This document shows, piece after piece, positions 1 through 15,000 of a DNA stretch of 64,000 nt. Numbering within the stretch: position 1 is the first letter of the stretch; each line of letters begins with the position of its first letter. The stretch is from Candidatus Omnitrophota bacterium. Its GTDB lineage: Bacteria > Omnitrophota > Gorgyraeia > Gygaellales > Profunditerraquicolaceae. Location: assembly GCA_030018895.1 (NCBI GenBank), contig JASEHM010000001.1, positions 2,199-66,198 on the forward strand, written 5' to 3'. A program made the position numbers and the translations under genes. The notes beneath the pieces were generated by a model that made no database searches, was not told the DNA's origin, and was given only the letters and a program-made list of their open reading frames with translations.

Positions 1-3000
1 CTTCAGATTTTAACCTATCTTAAAGGTTTTCAGCTTGACGTCCCAGAGGGATGTGCTGGAAATCCCCTACCTTCTCAAGGTTGGATTAATAAAGGAAAAA
101 TATCAGTAGGAAAAATATCAAAAGACATAGAACTCACAGGCTATTTCTCCTTTATTATAAATCCTGTACAGACAAATAGACGTAAGTTTCAAGCACAGGC
201 AATAGCCACAATCCCTTCAGAATTTTTAGGTATGGCTAAAGAAAAGGATATTGAAAAAATTGAGGTTAATTCAGCTACTTTTGGAGGAAGCGCTAAAGAG
301 CCTCTGGCGCGTACTTTAGGTACAGCGGACATATTTAGTAAAAGCAAAGAGAATAAAAATGATTTTGTGAATAGAATAGACGTTGATATTATTGCCAATA
401 AGAAAAATAAGGAAGAGGCTTTTTGGAATGTAAATCAAAAAACGCATACGTATTTTCAGCAAGGAAAAAAAATAGAAGAGAAATACACAGGTTGGATTGC
501 TGATCCTGGTGTAGTATTTCAAGATAATTTAGAAGTAAAACGCAAGATTAAACAAGAATTGGAGGCAATAGGTCTGAACAATGTTAATATATATTCAGAG
601 CCGAACATAGGAGCACATGTCATTCCCGCGAAAGAGGGAATCCAAGCGTCCGTCGGTGACTGGATGCCCGCTTTCGCGGGCATGACATCCGTTCCCCCGT
701 TCACTGACATATTACCAGATATTATCAGTAACAGTATCACTGTATACAGTCGTGATTCTAAAGGCGAATATGGAAAAAACCCATTTTTCTTTGGCCAGGA
801 ATCAACGCAAGATCCCTCCAGTGGATGGAGCGGCGCTTTTGTTTACGCAGATTTTAAAGGCGGGAACTCCCAAATAATCTATGATTATAACAAAGAAAAA
901 GTTGATAAATTAATAATCGGCGGCTTAATCAATCAAAATTCTACTGATGTACGTCTTATAATAGGAAGGGAAGACAAAGGCATTGAATTAACCAAGGACA
1001 AAGGAATTATTATATCAGAAGGGAAAACAGGCCTTTTAAAGGCTGTGCTTGATCATTATAATGGTGACAATAAACTGTTGAATCAGGAAATTAATGATTT
1101 TATTGTTGTTGCTTTGCCTAAACCTAAACAGGGATTTTTGCCAAACGCAATTACCACTCAAGAAAATATTACAGCTGCCTATAATGTTTTTCATTCAAAA
1201 ATTAATCCAAATGAACAAGATGAACAAGCAAAGAGCCAAACAAAATCTATAGAGAATGCACTTGCGCATTTACAGGGTAGTTATAATGAAGGCCTGAAAA
1301 CAAAAGTAATTAGCAACTTATCTTCTGCTGATTCTTCAGCCACGATAGGCGTTTTGACTCATCTTTGGACAAGCGATAACTACAATTTTGCTGTTAGTGA
1401 AATTATTGGTAAGGTTACCTTGTTTAATATCGGCAGTGACTTTAATGTGTACACTGATAATAGTGTTTTGACAGTTAAGGGTTTTGCCCGTCCTTATGAT
1501 TCTCGGGTAGGCTTTGACAATACAAGAATCATTAGTACGGTTGAAAAAAAAGACGATGATTACAATGTTGACCGTAAAATAGCCGCACTCTCGGGTTCAG
1601 AGGCAATTAATGAGCCAAAGATGAAACTTTTTGCTGATTTTAAGTTTCCTCTTGAAATGTTAATTTTGAATAACGAGAATAACAAAATCATATCAGCAGG
1701 AAAATTAACAAAAACAATAGAGTTTGTTGCTCGTAAGCTTGAGGGATCTGAAAAAGAAGGTTTTCATGTGACTCAGGATAGTTGGTTTCCTGTTTTGTTG
1801 GGTCACTTATTTAACCGTGACAAAGTTAAAAACTTCACAAAAGAAGAAATAGAAACAGCAAACAAAATGATAAAAGAGTTTAAAGAACAGCATTTTACCG
1901 GTAATATTTATCCCCAAATCAGGTTTTCTACGGATGACAAAGGCAGGCCGGATATATCTACTATATCTACGCTTTTTGTCGCAGGTTTACCTGAATCAAT
2001 TTCCGAAGTAAGTGGAAAGAAAATATATGTTCCCTCAGGAGAAAATAAAACCAGCAAAGTAATTACTCTTGGCGGCTTGCTTGGAGATGAAGGCCAATAT
2101 CAAGCTTGTTTGACGCCTAGAAATTATATTGCTAATAAAGAGCTCTTAGAAATATCCGGTTTAGCAGAGTCTAATGCCGCAGTATTTTTCCCTACTGTAA
2201 CAGGATTTTATGGCCGTATACCTCAAATAGGAGAAGTAGAGAATTTAGTATGGTCAGATAAGAGGCCACAAGGCAATGTTTCTTTAAAAATAATTGAAAA
2301 CTCTCCTTTTGAGCCGCTTTTTTGGGGAAAAGGAGGAATGCTTGGTAATGAGAAGCCTTCTGACTTTGGCTATAACAAAGAGATTAAATATCAGCAGTTT
2401 AACAAGGTTTTAACAGACGCTAGAGTTAATCAGGATGAAAAAAGCGGACATAATGTGCTAATAGGTCTTTATGGCCGTATGCAAGAAGGTAATGCTCAGG
2501 ATAAAATTTTTAATAGCTATAATGCTATTTTTCAACCTTTCTCAAAAGAAAAAAAATATTTTTCCTCCCGGATTATTGACAATACTCCTTACACAGAAAA
2601 CTTAAATTTTGCTAGTTTTGAAGGCATTGGTTCTTCAGAAGGAGGCATTAACTGGAATAAGGGAGAGATTGAAACAAGCATATTTGAGGGCAAACAGGAG
2701 TTTATGAGTCAAAAGATTGTCCCTAAGATTATATCCAATATAGTGTTTTTAGACTGGGATATAAAGAATTTTAAGATTGAGAAGGATTTAGCCTCTGGGA
2801 AGAAGAATAAGTCAGAAGGGCCTGTTCTTGATGGTTTTCTTTATCTACGTTTAGCAGAAGCAGAAAAAAAAGGGCTTTTACGCGGGGTTGTTTCTAAACT
2901 GAATGTAGAAGCAAAAGATGCAGGAGGGTATGCTTTAGCTTCTGGGAAGCTCTGGGAGGGTTTTGATTTCTTTAGCCCATCCGGAGGAGAGATAAATCCT

Positions 3001-6000
3001 TATTTTAGAGGACAAACCTTTTTAACTAACAATGCTGAGTGGCAGGTTAATTGCTGGGATAAAGAATCAGTTGAAGGGTTCAAAGATGGTAAGGGTAAAA
3101 TTAATCATATAAAAACAAACTCGGATAAGAAATTCACTGGTATTGATTTTGCAAATAAAGGGATTAAGCTTATTGATAGTGCTTTTCTGGCTCTTTACAT
3201 AGGCGAGGCTAAGAAAATTAAGTTTAGTGCAACAGGAGAACTTACCTTAGGCAAGGATACAAATTATGCCTTAAGTTTGTGGATAAATAATACTAATAAA
3301 AAGATAAGTAAGTTTTTGAACAATGTTAATAAGGGTTTAGGGTATCAGCTTGTTGTTAACCCTAAAACCAGAGATTTGGCAATAGGTAATACCCCCGAAA
3401 GCATTCCTTTTATCAAAGATGAAAAAATTAATCCGAAAATTTTTGAGAATTTCGCTTTTTCAATTATAGAAGAGGGAAAGATTAAAATCAGCAGAAATTT
3501 TGGGATTAATAATAAGGAAACAAGAGATATTATTCCTTTAGAAAAAACAAAAAATATCGCAAGCCTAACATCAGGTAGTATTCTTCCTTGGTATAAGGGA
3601 ATAAGGCAGATTCCGATTACTGCAGGGTATAATGATATTGCCATAAAGATTGATTCTTCTGGCTCAGGTAGTAAACCTTCTACTTCTAATAAATTAGCCA
3701 ATAGCTATTTTGAAATAGATCATGTTGCCCAGATTACTGAAACTGCAAATGAAGGAAAATACGGAAAGATAGGAGTGGTTAAAAAAGGGGAAAAACTTCA
3801 TTTTTCGTTAGTTACAGAAGAAGGCAAGGTTAAACTGTTTGATTTTGCTTATAAGATTGTTCCTGGGTTTGAGGGGGTAAATGTTAATCTTCCTCGGCCG
3901 GAATACTTTGGCCGTAAGGAAGAAAATGACATTGCTGTGCGGACAAATGGAGGAGAGTTTCTCAAATACGCTTCGGATGTATATATGAATAAAGGAAGAG
4001 CCAATGCCAATGGAGAGTGGAAGTTCTATGGGCATCGTCTGATAAAAATAAAAACGACTACGGATTCTTCTATTTTAGGGGCAGACAAAGATAATGCTGT
4101 TTCCCGACAGAATCGTTCCATAATCTTTAAAGATGATGAAGGGAAATTTGAAGTGAAAGGGATTGTGCCGGTTTATAAGAAATGGGGAGGCGATGTTGAG
4201 AATATTGGCACAATTGAACAATTACAAGACTCAAGCGGCCTGAAATGGAAGCGCTTAACAGGAAACATAGCTAAGTATTTAACTGCGGATAGTCAAAAAA
4301 ACTATAGCTGTAAAGGAAAATGGCAGGTACAATTTCCTGCTATTCTTTTAGAGAAAACAGACGATAATAAATATAATATTACAGGGGTGCAAATGCTGGT
4401 TGGCAAGGGAGGAGCTCCTTATAAGCTTCCTTCTGCGTCTTTGTCTGAAGGCAAAAAAGTAGGAAAACGGGCTGACAAAGCTGACAAAAAGGAATTAATA
4501 ACCACGCTTCGGGGTTTAGGCAGAGATATTGTTGAGCTTCCTAGAGGAAGTTATAGCATAAGGCTTGAGAATAAAGATAATAAATTTTCTTTAGGTAACC
4601 TTGATTATTCAGAATTAGGCACAATGAAAATAATTTTCCAGAAAAACTTAGCCATTCCGCATAATCAAAATGAGGTTTCTTATTTTTATCCTAAAAATAG
4701 CAAAGGAGAGGTAGTTTTGCATTACTTAGGAGACAGCCCTGTTGTAGAAGGTGTTCAAGGCGTTAAAGATCTGGTTCATATTAAGCATGATTCTTCCCAA
4801 AACACAGGGAATATAATACAGACATCTTATCTGGGTTTAAAACCGGAAGAAGTTTTGAAATTAATAAAAGAGAATCCAAGTGCACTAATTAAGGTAGGTA
4901 AATTTGGAGGAATTAAATCCGGGGAAAAAGCAGAAATTACCTGGATTAAAATGAGTAAAAATAACCTTCAAGGGGCGTATGATCCCAATGCCCCTTCTGA
5001 GATTGTTTTCGTAGATGGCAATTCCAAGGGAATTTATATAACTCCCCAGGGAGTAACAATTTCTTCTCTTGCGGAAAAAATAGAGATAAATGGCAAAAAA
5101 GTTGAAGATATATCTCCTGTTGGTGTATATTTTTATCGAGATGAAAAAGGGCAAAAAGGATTTTACTCCTGGGGTCCTTTAGGGACAAAAGAAATTAGAA
5201 TGTTGAAAGACGGAGAATTTAAATATTATACTATTCTTCCTGACGGCAGAAAGATTAATGGGCGGATAAATCCTAATCTTTTTAGTTTAGAAAATGCCAG
5301 CCTGATTAGTTTTTCCTCAGGTCAACTTGCTTTTGTCTATCAGGGGAAATTTTTTGTAGGAGAGGAAGAAATAAAGGCTTTAAATAAACTTCCCCAAGGA
5401 GTTTTAAATACAATTTTAAATGGACAGCAAACCCAGAAGATGTTTTCTGAATATGTCAAGGGGATTAAGGAAGCAGGAAACCCCAAAAAAGCAGAAGAGC
5501 TTAACAAGCATTTATTGTTTAGGGGTGGGGCTATTATAGACGATGAAAACCGAGATAAAGAAGCATTAGGGTTTGATATTTTTAGCCAGGAAATTAAGCA
5601 AAAAAGATTTAAAGATTTAGGAATATCTAAAAAAGATGAAGCTTGGCTGAGAAAAGAAGCTACTGAGCGTTTGCAAGGTTTAAGCCCGGAAAGTAAAGAA
5701 TATAAATACGGATACAGTAAGCTCTTTTCTGAATTTACCAATAAATGCGGCAAGCAGATGCTCGCTAAAGGATTTGTTCCTTTGGCTGTAGTTGATGATG
5801 CAGTAACTTGGGCTGATGCAGGAGTAGGGGTAGGGGCAACTGCGCTTGTTGTTACGGGTTGTGTTTTTGCGGCTCCTGTGATACTAGCGGGAGGGGCGGT
5901 AGGGGCGGTAGGGACAATACTTATAGGAACAGGCGTGAGTATAATAACAGGACTTGCAAATGCGGAATTGTTAAAATACTATACCACAGGCACGCACTTA

Positions 6001-9000
6001 GACTTTCTCGATGGCGGCATTGTAGCTGGCCTATCAGTTATTCCTGGAGGAGGAGTAGTAGGCCGGCTTGCTGCTCCTGCAGTAAAACAGTTTACTAACT
6101 TGATACGGCCACTAGGAGGAATTTTAGAAAAAGCAAAGTGGGTTCCTGTTATAGGAAAAGCTTTAGGAAAATTAAAAGAAAAAGTTTCTCCTGTTACTGA
6201 GATAGGACAGAACATAGCGCAACACACTCCACAGGGCCTAAAAATCGGGCTTAAGGCTATTTCCTCTCCGTCTTCAATGGCTTATATTTCTTATCAAACA
6301 GGCAATATAGCAAAGATTACTACTTCTCCTTCTGTCTATTATTTAGATGGCCAGGTATATATCCCGGATAAACATAGGGCATTCCGGCCTTTAGGCTTCG
6401 GACAAGGAACATTTGCCTTAGCCACAGGTTATGTCTTAGGCGGGACCGGGCCCTTGGCAAGGGGAATTAGCACAACAGGAATTCCCGTAATAAGTAAGGT
6501 GGTATCTCAGGGATTGTTATGGGGTACGACTTCTACAATTGTAAGAACAGCAGGCCAATGTTTTCAAGGCAATGGCGCCAGACTTACAGCTGATGACATT
6601 GCAGGATTTTATTGGGATGGTTTTAAAAGCGGTATGATATTTGGCGGTATTTTTGCAGTGGGTTCTGGAGTAAGTAGATTAGGCGCTTTAGCCAAAAATC
6701 CTTTAACAAGTTCAACCATAGGGACAATAAGTCAATTCGGCGTTTTAGTTAACAAGTATCCTTTAATAAGCTCAACCATAGGAGGCGCAGTAGGATTTCC
6801 ATTAGCTAAGACAGTTATAGAAAGCGGATTTTCTTTAGACAACCTCTATTCTAATTATTCTGATCCTGTTAATTATCTTAGAGGAGCAATTATTGGCGCA
6901 GGAATAGGTTTTGGGTATGGAAATTATACTGGCATAGGCAAGGGTTTATTAAAATCATTAGGCGCGGGTGTGCTTAAGAATGGCAATTTCTTTAGCCGGG
7001 GACTCTATGGCGGGTCCGTAGGACTGGCAACAGGCATGACAGGAAATGTTTTACAGGGAAATTATATAGGAAAGGATCATTTGGGAATAAAGCTAGCAGT
7101 AGATAGCGCAGGGTATTTTCTGATAGGAGGTTTAACTGCGGCATATTTAGGTGGACAAGGTAAAAATATTGTTAAAGAATTAGCTGGAACAGAAGCTAGG
7201 GAAATAAAAGTGTTTCATACCTTTAAGCTTAAACCTGCTGTTGGCACAGAGCTTCTTTATAATCAGGCTTTGGCTGGCGCTATTGAATGGACTTTGGTTA
7301 GCCCTGCATTTACTGCAGGCGGCGCTTTTTGGGAAGGGTTAAAGGGAAGTTGGAAATATTATGGTAAGGAATTAAGCGCAAAAGATGAAAAGCTATTTAA
7401 GAATTTTGTTTGGTGGCAACCCGGGACATGGGTAATGCAGGTTCCAAGTGAAGATGGAGGGTATGGATTTAAGAATTTAACCTGGGGAAGCGTACTTGAG
7501 TCTGCAATTGCAGGGCCAGAATCAGGTTTATGGATGAAGCCAATGTTTGGGGTGTTTCAGACAAAAGGGAACAATCCGGTTATAGGAGAAGGAGGAATAA
7601 TCCGCAAAATTATAAATGTAACAACTTGGGGAGGTGCAAAGGTAGCTGACAAGTGGAAATCTGTAGGGAGAATAGCTGAGAAGGCATTCAAGATCAGCCT
7701 TAAACCAGGAGAAAGTTTTAGCGAACGATTTGTTTCCAGCAGGGCTTATTCTGCGCTTGCAGCTCAGTCTGTTTTTTCATCTCTCTGGAAACAAGGATTA
7801 AAAACAAAAGCTGTAATAAATGGTTTAACGCCTTTTGTTAGCTGGATTGATTCTTCGGTAATCTGGATGCCGGGGTTTGTTACTGGCATTGGGGCTGGTA
7901 TAGATATGGCTGACAAAGCAGCTGCAAAATCTGTTGGTGTTTATAAGGTTAGTCCTCAGGAAACTGAACAGGGAACTGTTTATTCCCGCACAGGCTATGT
8001 ACCAGAAGGAATAAAGTCTTATGTTAACTGGCTGTTATTTTTTATGATTCCTTCTTATGAGCCTTCTTTAAAAGAAAGATTAGGCAAAGCCTTGTCCTCT
8101 CCAGAAAAAGATAATTTTTATAGCTTAATGAACGCAATCAGAGAATCTGGCGCTGGCTCATTAGAGAACGTAGTAAAAAAGAGCCAGATTTATACTTCTT
8201 TTGAGCAGACTAATCAAGAACTAATACAAAGGATATTAAAGAAGACTTTTAAACTTAGTGAGGAAGATGTAAAAACAATTGCAGAAAGCGGTCCAGACTA
8301 CGTAGATGTATTACCTATATTAGAACAATCCGTAGGTAAAGTAAAAATAGATACCATAAAAGATTTTTTAAGCAAGTTCCAAAGCGCGCAGGAGAATTAT
8401 AACCGAACAGATGAAAATAATAAAAATATTCAGGATGCGGAAAAAGATATTAATGAAGCGTTAAATATTGCCGCAAAACAGCAGGATACAACGTTTAATT
8501 CTGCTGAAAAAACAAAAGCCCGCAAAATTCTCAAAGATGTTTTAGGCAATTTTGAGGTTTTACCTAAGCAGACTTATGAAAATTTAAATCTGATTAGAGA
8601 TAGTATAGCGAGAGGCACTGGGTTAAGGGGAGTTTTAGCGATGTCTTTGGATTCAGCGCTGAAATTAATGGAAGATTGTGCTACTCATAAAAAATTGAAT
8701 AATATTAAATCCGGCAATCCCAGGGAATTTGAATTTAAATTTGGCGGAGATTTAATAAAGTTAGAATTAGCAGTTACTAACGACCTTATTAATAAAGCTA
8801 CGGATATAATTAAAGAGAGGCTGCGCTTAAAAGGAGAGTTTAAAATAGATTTTAAGCAAAAGTTAACTGAGATTAAAAAGTTCTTTAACCGTATTTTAGA
8901 GAAAGATATTCCCAATGAAAAATTGCGTCAGGCAGAAGTAGAAGGCTTGATGATTAAAGTTGACTTCTTAAAGGAAGCTCAGAGCAAAGCAGAAAATAAA

Positions 9001-12000
9001 GACACAAGAGAATATAATAAAGAATACTGGAAAGCAGAAATAGCAGTACAATCAGCATATCTTGAAGGAAGGCCTTTTGAGAGCAAAGACGTTTTAAAAA
9101 AAGCTGTTTCAAAGGCGATTAAAGAATGCGCTAAAGGGGAATCCAATGAGTTGAAGGAGTTAGTAAATAAGATTAGCCAGCGGTATTTTGGAGTTGAGAT
9201 AGAAGAAGGAAAAATAAAGGCGTTTTTGGAAAAGGTTTTACTAGATCATGTAAAAGAAAATGGCGCGCATAAGCCAATAGAAGAAGTTGGGGATATTTTG
9301 GAAATGTTTGAAGCAGGGCATCTCCATGTGTCAGAGAAAATAGGCATTGAGGCATTACGTGGACTTTTAGAGAAGCATAATCTTACCAGAGTTTCAAAAG
9401 ATGCTGAAAAATTAATGAAATTAGAAGAATTAATAAAAAAAGATAAAAAAGAACTAAGTGAAGAAGAAAAAGAATTAATAGAAAATGAGCGGGTTAAAAG
9501 AGGAATAAACAGATCTAATACTTGGAACAAGTCTATATACAAAGAATGGCAAAAAATTAGCGAAGAAATCAGCAAAGAACCTACCATCACCATAAAGTCC
9601 AAGGGTAAAGAAGTAATGCTTTTGGTTCCTGTTTTAGCGCGGCTTTCTCCTAAGATTGGCCATATGTATAACTTACGCTATGTTAGGGAAGTAATAAATG
9701 GCTATAAAGAAATTCTCAGTAAGGTAGAAATTAAAGCAGGATTTGAAAATAAAAATGAAAAAGAAGTTTTGGAGTTTAAAAAAGACAATTTATCTAAAAA
9801 AGAACTTAAAAAAATGGGTATCTTTTTGGATAAAATAAATAAATATTTAGAGAAAACTGCAGAACAAAATGATAAACCTTTAGAGTTATTAAAGGAGATT
9901 CAAAATAAAGAAATAGAAGATTGTGTGGCTTTGGTTATGGCTGATTATTTTAACTTTGCAAAACAAAAACTCGAGAGTCTTGGGAAAAAATTTAGTCCAG
10001 AGATTGCTGTAGGCCAATTAAAAATGATTCTTGGGTTTCAAGAAGGATTTAATGTTCATCAAAAGGCAGGAGGCGCTAAAAGTGATGCGTTTTTGGTGGA
10101 AATGGTAATAAATAATCTTTTAGGGAGACAGAACGGAAGCATCCCAAATCAAATTTTAATAGCAAAATGCTCTGTTGAGCAAAAAGGCATTATTGAAGAC
10201 AACAAAGGTAATGTGCAAATGAAAAAGTTTGTAGAACGTTATGATCTTAGATTAGAAGATGGAGATAAGCTTTCTTTATCCAATGGCATAGATCGAGGAT
10301 TGACAAACGCTTTAAATACAGGGAAGAAAATTGTGGTATTTAGCATGGAAAATTTCGGGCATTTAAGAAATAAGCTGAAGGAAACGAGTTTGCAGGACGC
10401 TATTTGTAATCAGGATGTAGTTAGATTTGATGAATTTCACATACCTTTTTCTGATAAAGCTACCTTTATTCTTTCTGATCAGGAAACAGCAGCGCTTCAG
10501 GGAAAGTTTATTATAAGAGCAGAAGATGCGCATAAGAAGCTTACTAAGGTACTTAAAGAAGGAAAGTTGAAAGAAATCAAAAATCCTGAAGATGCAATAG
10601 AAAATAATGATAAAGAAGCATTAATTCTTCTTGATAGCCAGGGAAAATTCCTTGGTTTAACCCGGAAAGCAGTAGGTGATTTAAAACCGCTTGGAATAAC
10701 TGAGGCTGAGATAAGCGCGTTTTTTACTGCCCGGGACCAGAATAGGTGGACGTTAACAGAGACGGGAGATAAGATTATTCCTAAAGGCGCGAGAGGCACT
10801 GCTGAAAACTCAAAGATTTTTAGCGACAGATATTTTCTGGCTGCGGTGTATGCTAAAATAAAGACAGAAGGAGCAGGTATTTTAAATAGTAAAGGAGAAA
10901 AGATTCAGCTGGATAATAAAAAATTAGAGATAATAAAAAACAATTTAAAGGTTTCAGCAGCTTCTTCCCATGCAACATTATCTGAGGTCCTGCGATTTAA
11001 ACAAGGCGCTTCAGTGTTAGGCGCTTCTGGAACAATTGAGACACTTGAGTCTATGTTGCTTTTTAATTTAGGCAAAGGCATAGTTGTTGCCAGTGAAACT
11101 AAGGATTTAACAAGCGCAGAAGTAAAGAAAGTTGCGGATTTAGAAAAAGGCTATAAGGAGATAGAGAATTTGTTAAAATCAAGCACAAGCACTATAGTTT
11201 TTGTAAAGGATACCAAAGTAATGGAGGAGTTAATTCAAAGGGTAGGGTTATTGCAAGGAAGGAAGATTAAAATTATAAATGAACATACTACGGATAAAGA
11301 AATAAAGAAAATCGAGCAGGATATAGGCAAAAAGAAAAATAAGAATTGGATTGTCATTTCTAATCAGCGCGGAGCAACAGGCATAGATTACCAGGGAAAT
11401 TTTGATGTAGTGGTATTTGACGGGCATAACTGGAGCAATTCGGATTTATTGCAAGCAATTAATCGGAACTTAAGAAGCGTTGACGCAGTAGGAGAGAGAA
11501 AAGTTTTGTTTGAAAGTAAAAAGTTATTGTCAGAAAAGAATATCCCTGGGGAGACATGGAAAGAGTTAACAGAGAGAGTTAAGCTGGACAATAACTTAGC
11601 AAAAGACCCAGATAAAGCAGGCTTGGATTACAGCGCCCGGATGAGAGATGCTTTGGAGATTTCAGAGTCTTTGGTATTCCAGATTGGCGAAGCAGCGCTT
11701 TCGCGCGGTTTAATTGAACATCTAAAAAAGATGTATGATCTGGCGCAAACCAGCAACGAGACATTGCAGGCAAATAAAATTGAAGAACTGCTTAAGGAAG
11801 CAATTAAGTATGAGGAAAGATATCATCTGGAATTGGCAGATATTGGACAAAAACCCGAAAATAGGGTAAAGGCTGCATTGCAAAATGCGGCGAATAAAAT
11901 AAAAGAAACTATGAATAAAATTAAGGAAGATACAGATATGCCTGGTTCTATTAAAACGTATGCCAGCGAAGTTCTTAGTGAAATTGATTTTATCTTAACT

Positions 12001-15000
12001 AATGAAGGTTATAACGCCATATCTCCTAATTATAATTGGTCATTGCAGAATGCAGTAAGTCTTTTAGGCGTGGCTCGGGTAGCTAAAAGATTGGATTTCC
12101 TTAAAAATATCTATACTGAAGAGATTAAGAATTCTAGTGTTAATTCATATAGCGCTGTTATACAGATGGTAGAACATGCAATAAACAATGAATCTGGCGC
12201 ATCTAAGAAAGGAAAGGCAAAATTGCCTTTAGAAGGCAGGCAGGAAATTTTAAGAAATGCTGAACATTTAAGAAATATGTCTAATGGTTCCAGAGGAGCT
12301 CCTCTGGCAAGGCAGACTCTCATTGATTCCATTTTAAAATATATCCCTGCCTCAAGTTCAGGCTATAATACGCTTAATCTAAGCAGCATCATAAATAATC
12401 AGTTTGTCCCGTCTCAGAACAGCCAATTTAATCCTATAAATGCTAATTATACAACCTTAGAGGATTATCAAAAGTTAGTTAGTCTCATAAATACAATAAT
12501 AAATTCTGAAGCAATAAAAGAAATACCATCCTTAGATACTGCCCCGATTAATCGATATGCTATTGCTGATGCATTAGTTTCATTAGTTAATCCTAATCAT
12601 ACGTATTCTTCATTAAACAGTGCTTTAGATACCTATAATTTACTTACAAAAGGAGCGCAAAATGCTTTGAATACCGCCATTACATCCAATTCGTTTGTAT
12701 TAAATATATTTTTAGCCCAGCACCAGGATGTTTTAGATGATTTAACCGACCTTGAGAAATATAGATATGCTACTGATGCCTTTAGATCTGTTATCACCAA
12801 AGAAAATTTATTCACCTCTAATCAAATAACCCGGTTAAATAAGATTACGGACAAATTTGTTAATATAATGATGAAGTTAATTAAAAACCGCGATTCACTC
12901 CAGATAGAAAAATACAGAGAGCCTACTAGCAGTCAGGTTAAGGGTTTTGTAACCCAATTATTAAAATCTTTTGACAACAAGACTAATTATTTAGCAGCGT
13001 ATCAATTACTCTTTTCAAAGGTAATGTATAAAGAACCCAAGATTAAGGAGTATTTAAAGGAACTTATACTAAAGGCTAACCGCGACCAGACAGATTTTGA
13101 GAAAGAAATTATATTGCCTGTTTATTATTCTTCCTTTAATAATGCAAGCCTTAAGGAATTTAGCGCTGTCAGGCTAGATGTTTTATTGACAAACTATTTA
13201 CAAACAGAAGTTGATGAAGAGAAGAAAGAGTTAGAACGCAGGTATCTTTTCTTAAATAGGTTGAATAAAGATAAAGTAGAATCTATTAAAAAATATCTTA
13301 AGAAGGCGCAAGATTCATTAGAAACAAAAGGCGAAGTATTGGAAAATTTCTCAGGTAGATATGAACAATTTGCAAGAGATGTTAGCGAGATCAACAGCGG
13401 CTATAGCGCAGTAGAAATGGATTTCCTTGCAGATATGCTAAAGGATAGGTATTACAGGAGTTATTCGGTAATGGCAGAGTTAAACAAAAATGCGAAAGAC
13501 AGGATCTTCGAATTGTTTGATAAGTTGAATATATCTTATGATAAGAACAGCATAAATTTATCCACAGCAATAAAAACAATGAATATGCTCTTGGAAGGTA
13601 ATAAAAACATCAGCGAACAGAACCCTGACTTGTTAAGAACTTTAAAAACCTTTAAGTGGATTGATTATCACACAGGCCTTAGGGATAAAATGGGTATCTG
13701 GTATGCGCCATATTTTAGGGCTGAAATGATGCAAAGGTATATGCAGGGGCTGATTGATTATCCGCAAGAGCTTTTAGATGCAAGAGAGGAGTTGCAGAAA
13801 AAGGTAAAAGAGGAAGTATTAACCGGAGACATAAGCAAGGAGTATCTTAAAGAAGTAGCGCCGACTTTAGTTAGAAGGCTTAAGGAAATTTTAGATGAAG
13901 AAGAACAGGTTATATCGAAGATAAAAGATAAGTCCAGACAAGAACGAAAGAATAAAGAAGAACAATTGCGGAAGGCAAAAGACGCACTTGGAGAATTTGA
14001 AAAAAATCTTGAACAGGAAAACGTTACGCTTGAGAAACTTTATGCAGGGTTTAAGCAAATCAACCAAACCAATAAATCTTTGGAAGTTGAAATTCTTCCT
14101 TTTGAAGAGCAGGAAAAACCAGAAATAAACGGCAGGAATGATGATTTTGGAAGAGGTGATATTACACCTAACTGGCTGATAAGGCTTAATCTTAAGTTAT
14201 TTTATGACCCAGCTAAAGGCAGAGGTGTTTTATTAAACCCAGGCGATTGGAGAGAAGATGTAAAAGGAGTAGCGCTTTTCCATGAAATTACCCATAGTTT
14301 CTGCGATTGGTTAGGTGAACTTTCAGGTATTGAGCGCCTGAAAATAGGTAATTCTGATAATGAAGGCATAATTGATTCCATAACAAAGAAAGATAATCTT
14401 GGTTCTATGACTCCGTTTGCGCGTAAGGAATTTTTTAAGTTTGGTGATTTGGAAGATAAAGATGGGAGTTTTGCAAAAAAGTTACAAGGAGCATATGATC
14501 TAACAAAAGGAATCTTTATGGAGAAAACCAATCAGGTATCCAAAGATATAAACGCTAATATTTTTCAAGACCATACGAAAACCCCTTCTTCTAAAGAAGA
14601 ATATACTAAGCTGGGTAAGTTACTTGTAGAACAAAGAAAACTTAGAGAATTAAAAGAAGATGTATTTAAAGGAGAAAAGACTGCTAAAGAGGTTGAAGAA
14701 CTATTAAATGATAAAAAAGAATGGCAGAAAATAATTGGACAAGAGGTAAGAGAGGCAAAAGACGATAAAAAACACAGTGCGCTTTGTAATGAAAATGCCC
14801 CTTCCTCTGCAGTATCTTTTACTCAACAACCTAATAAATCTGATATTGGCGCGGCGATTCAGGCGTGTTCTATGCCAATTGAGTTTGAAGATGAGATGAG
14901 GATGCTTTGGGAGGAGTGGAAGGAGCGGCTTAAAAGTATTATTCCCGCAATCTTTAATTTTAGAACAGCCCTTCTTCTTCCTCAGGGAATATTAGTAATT

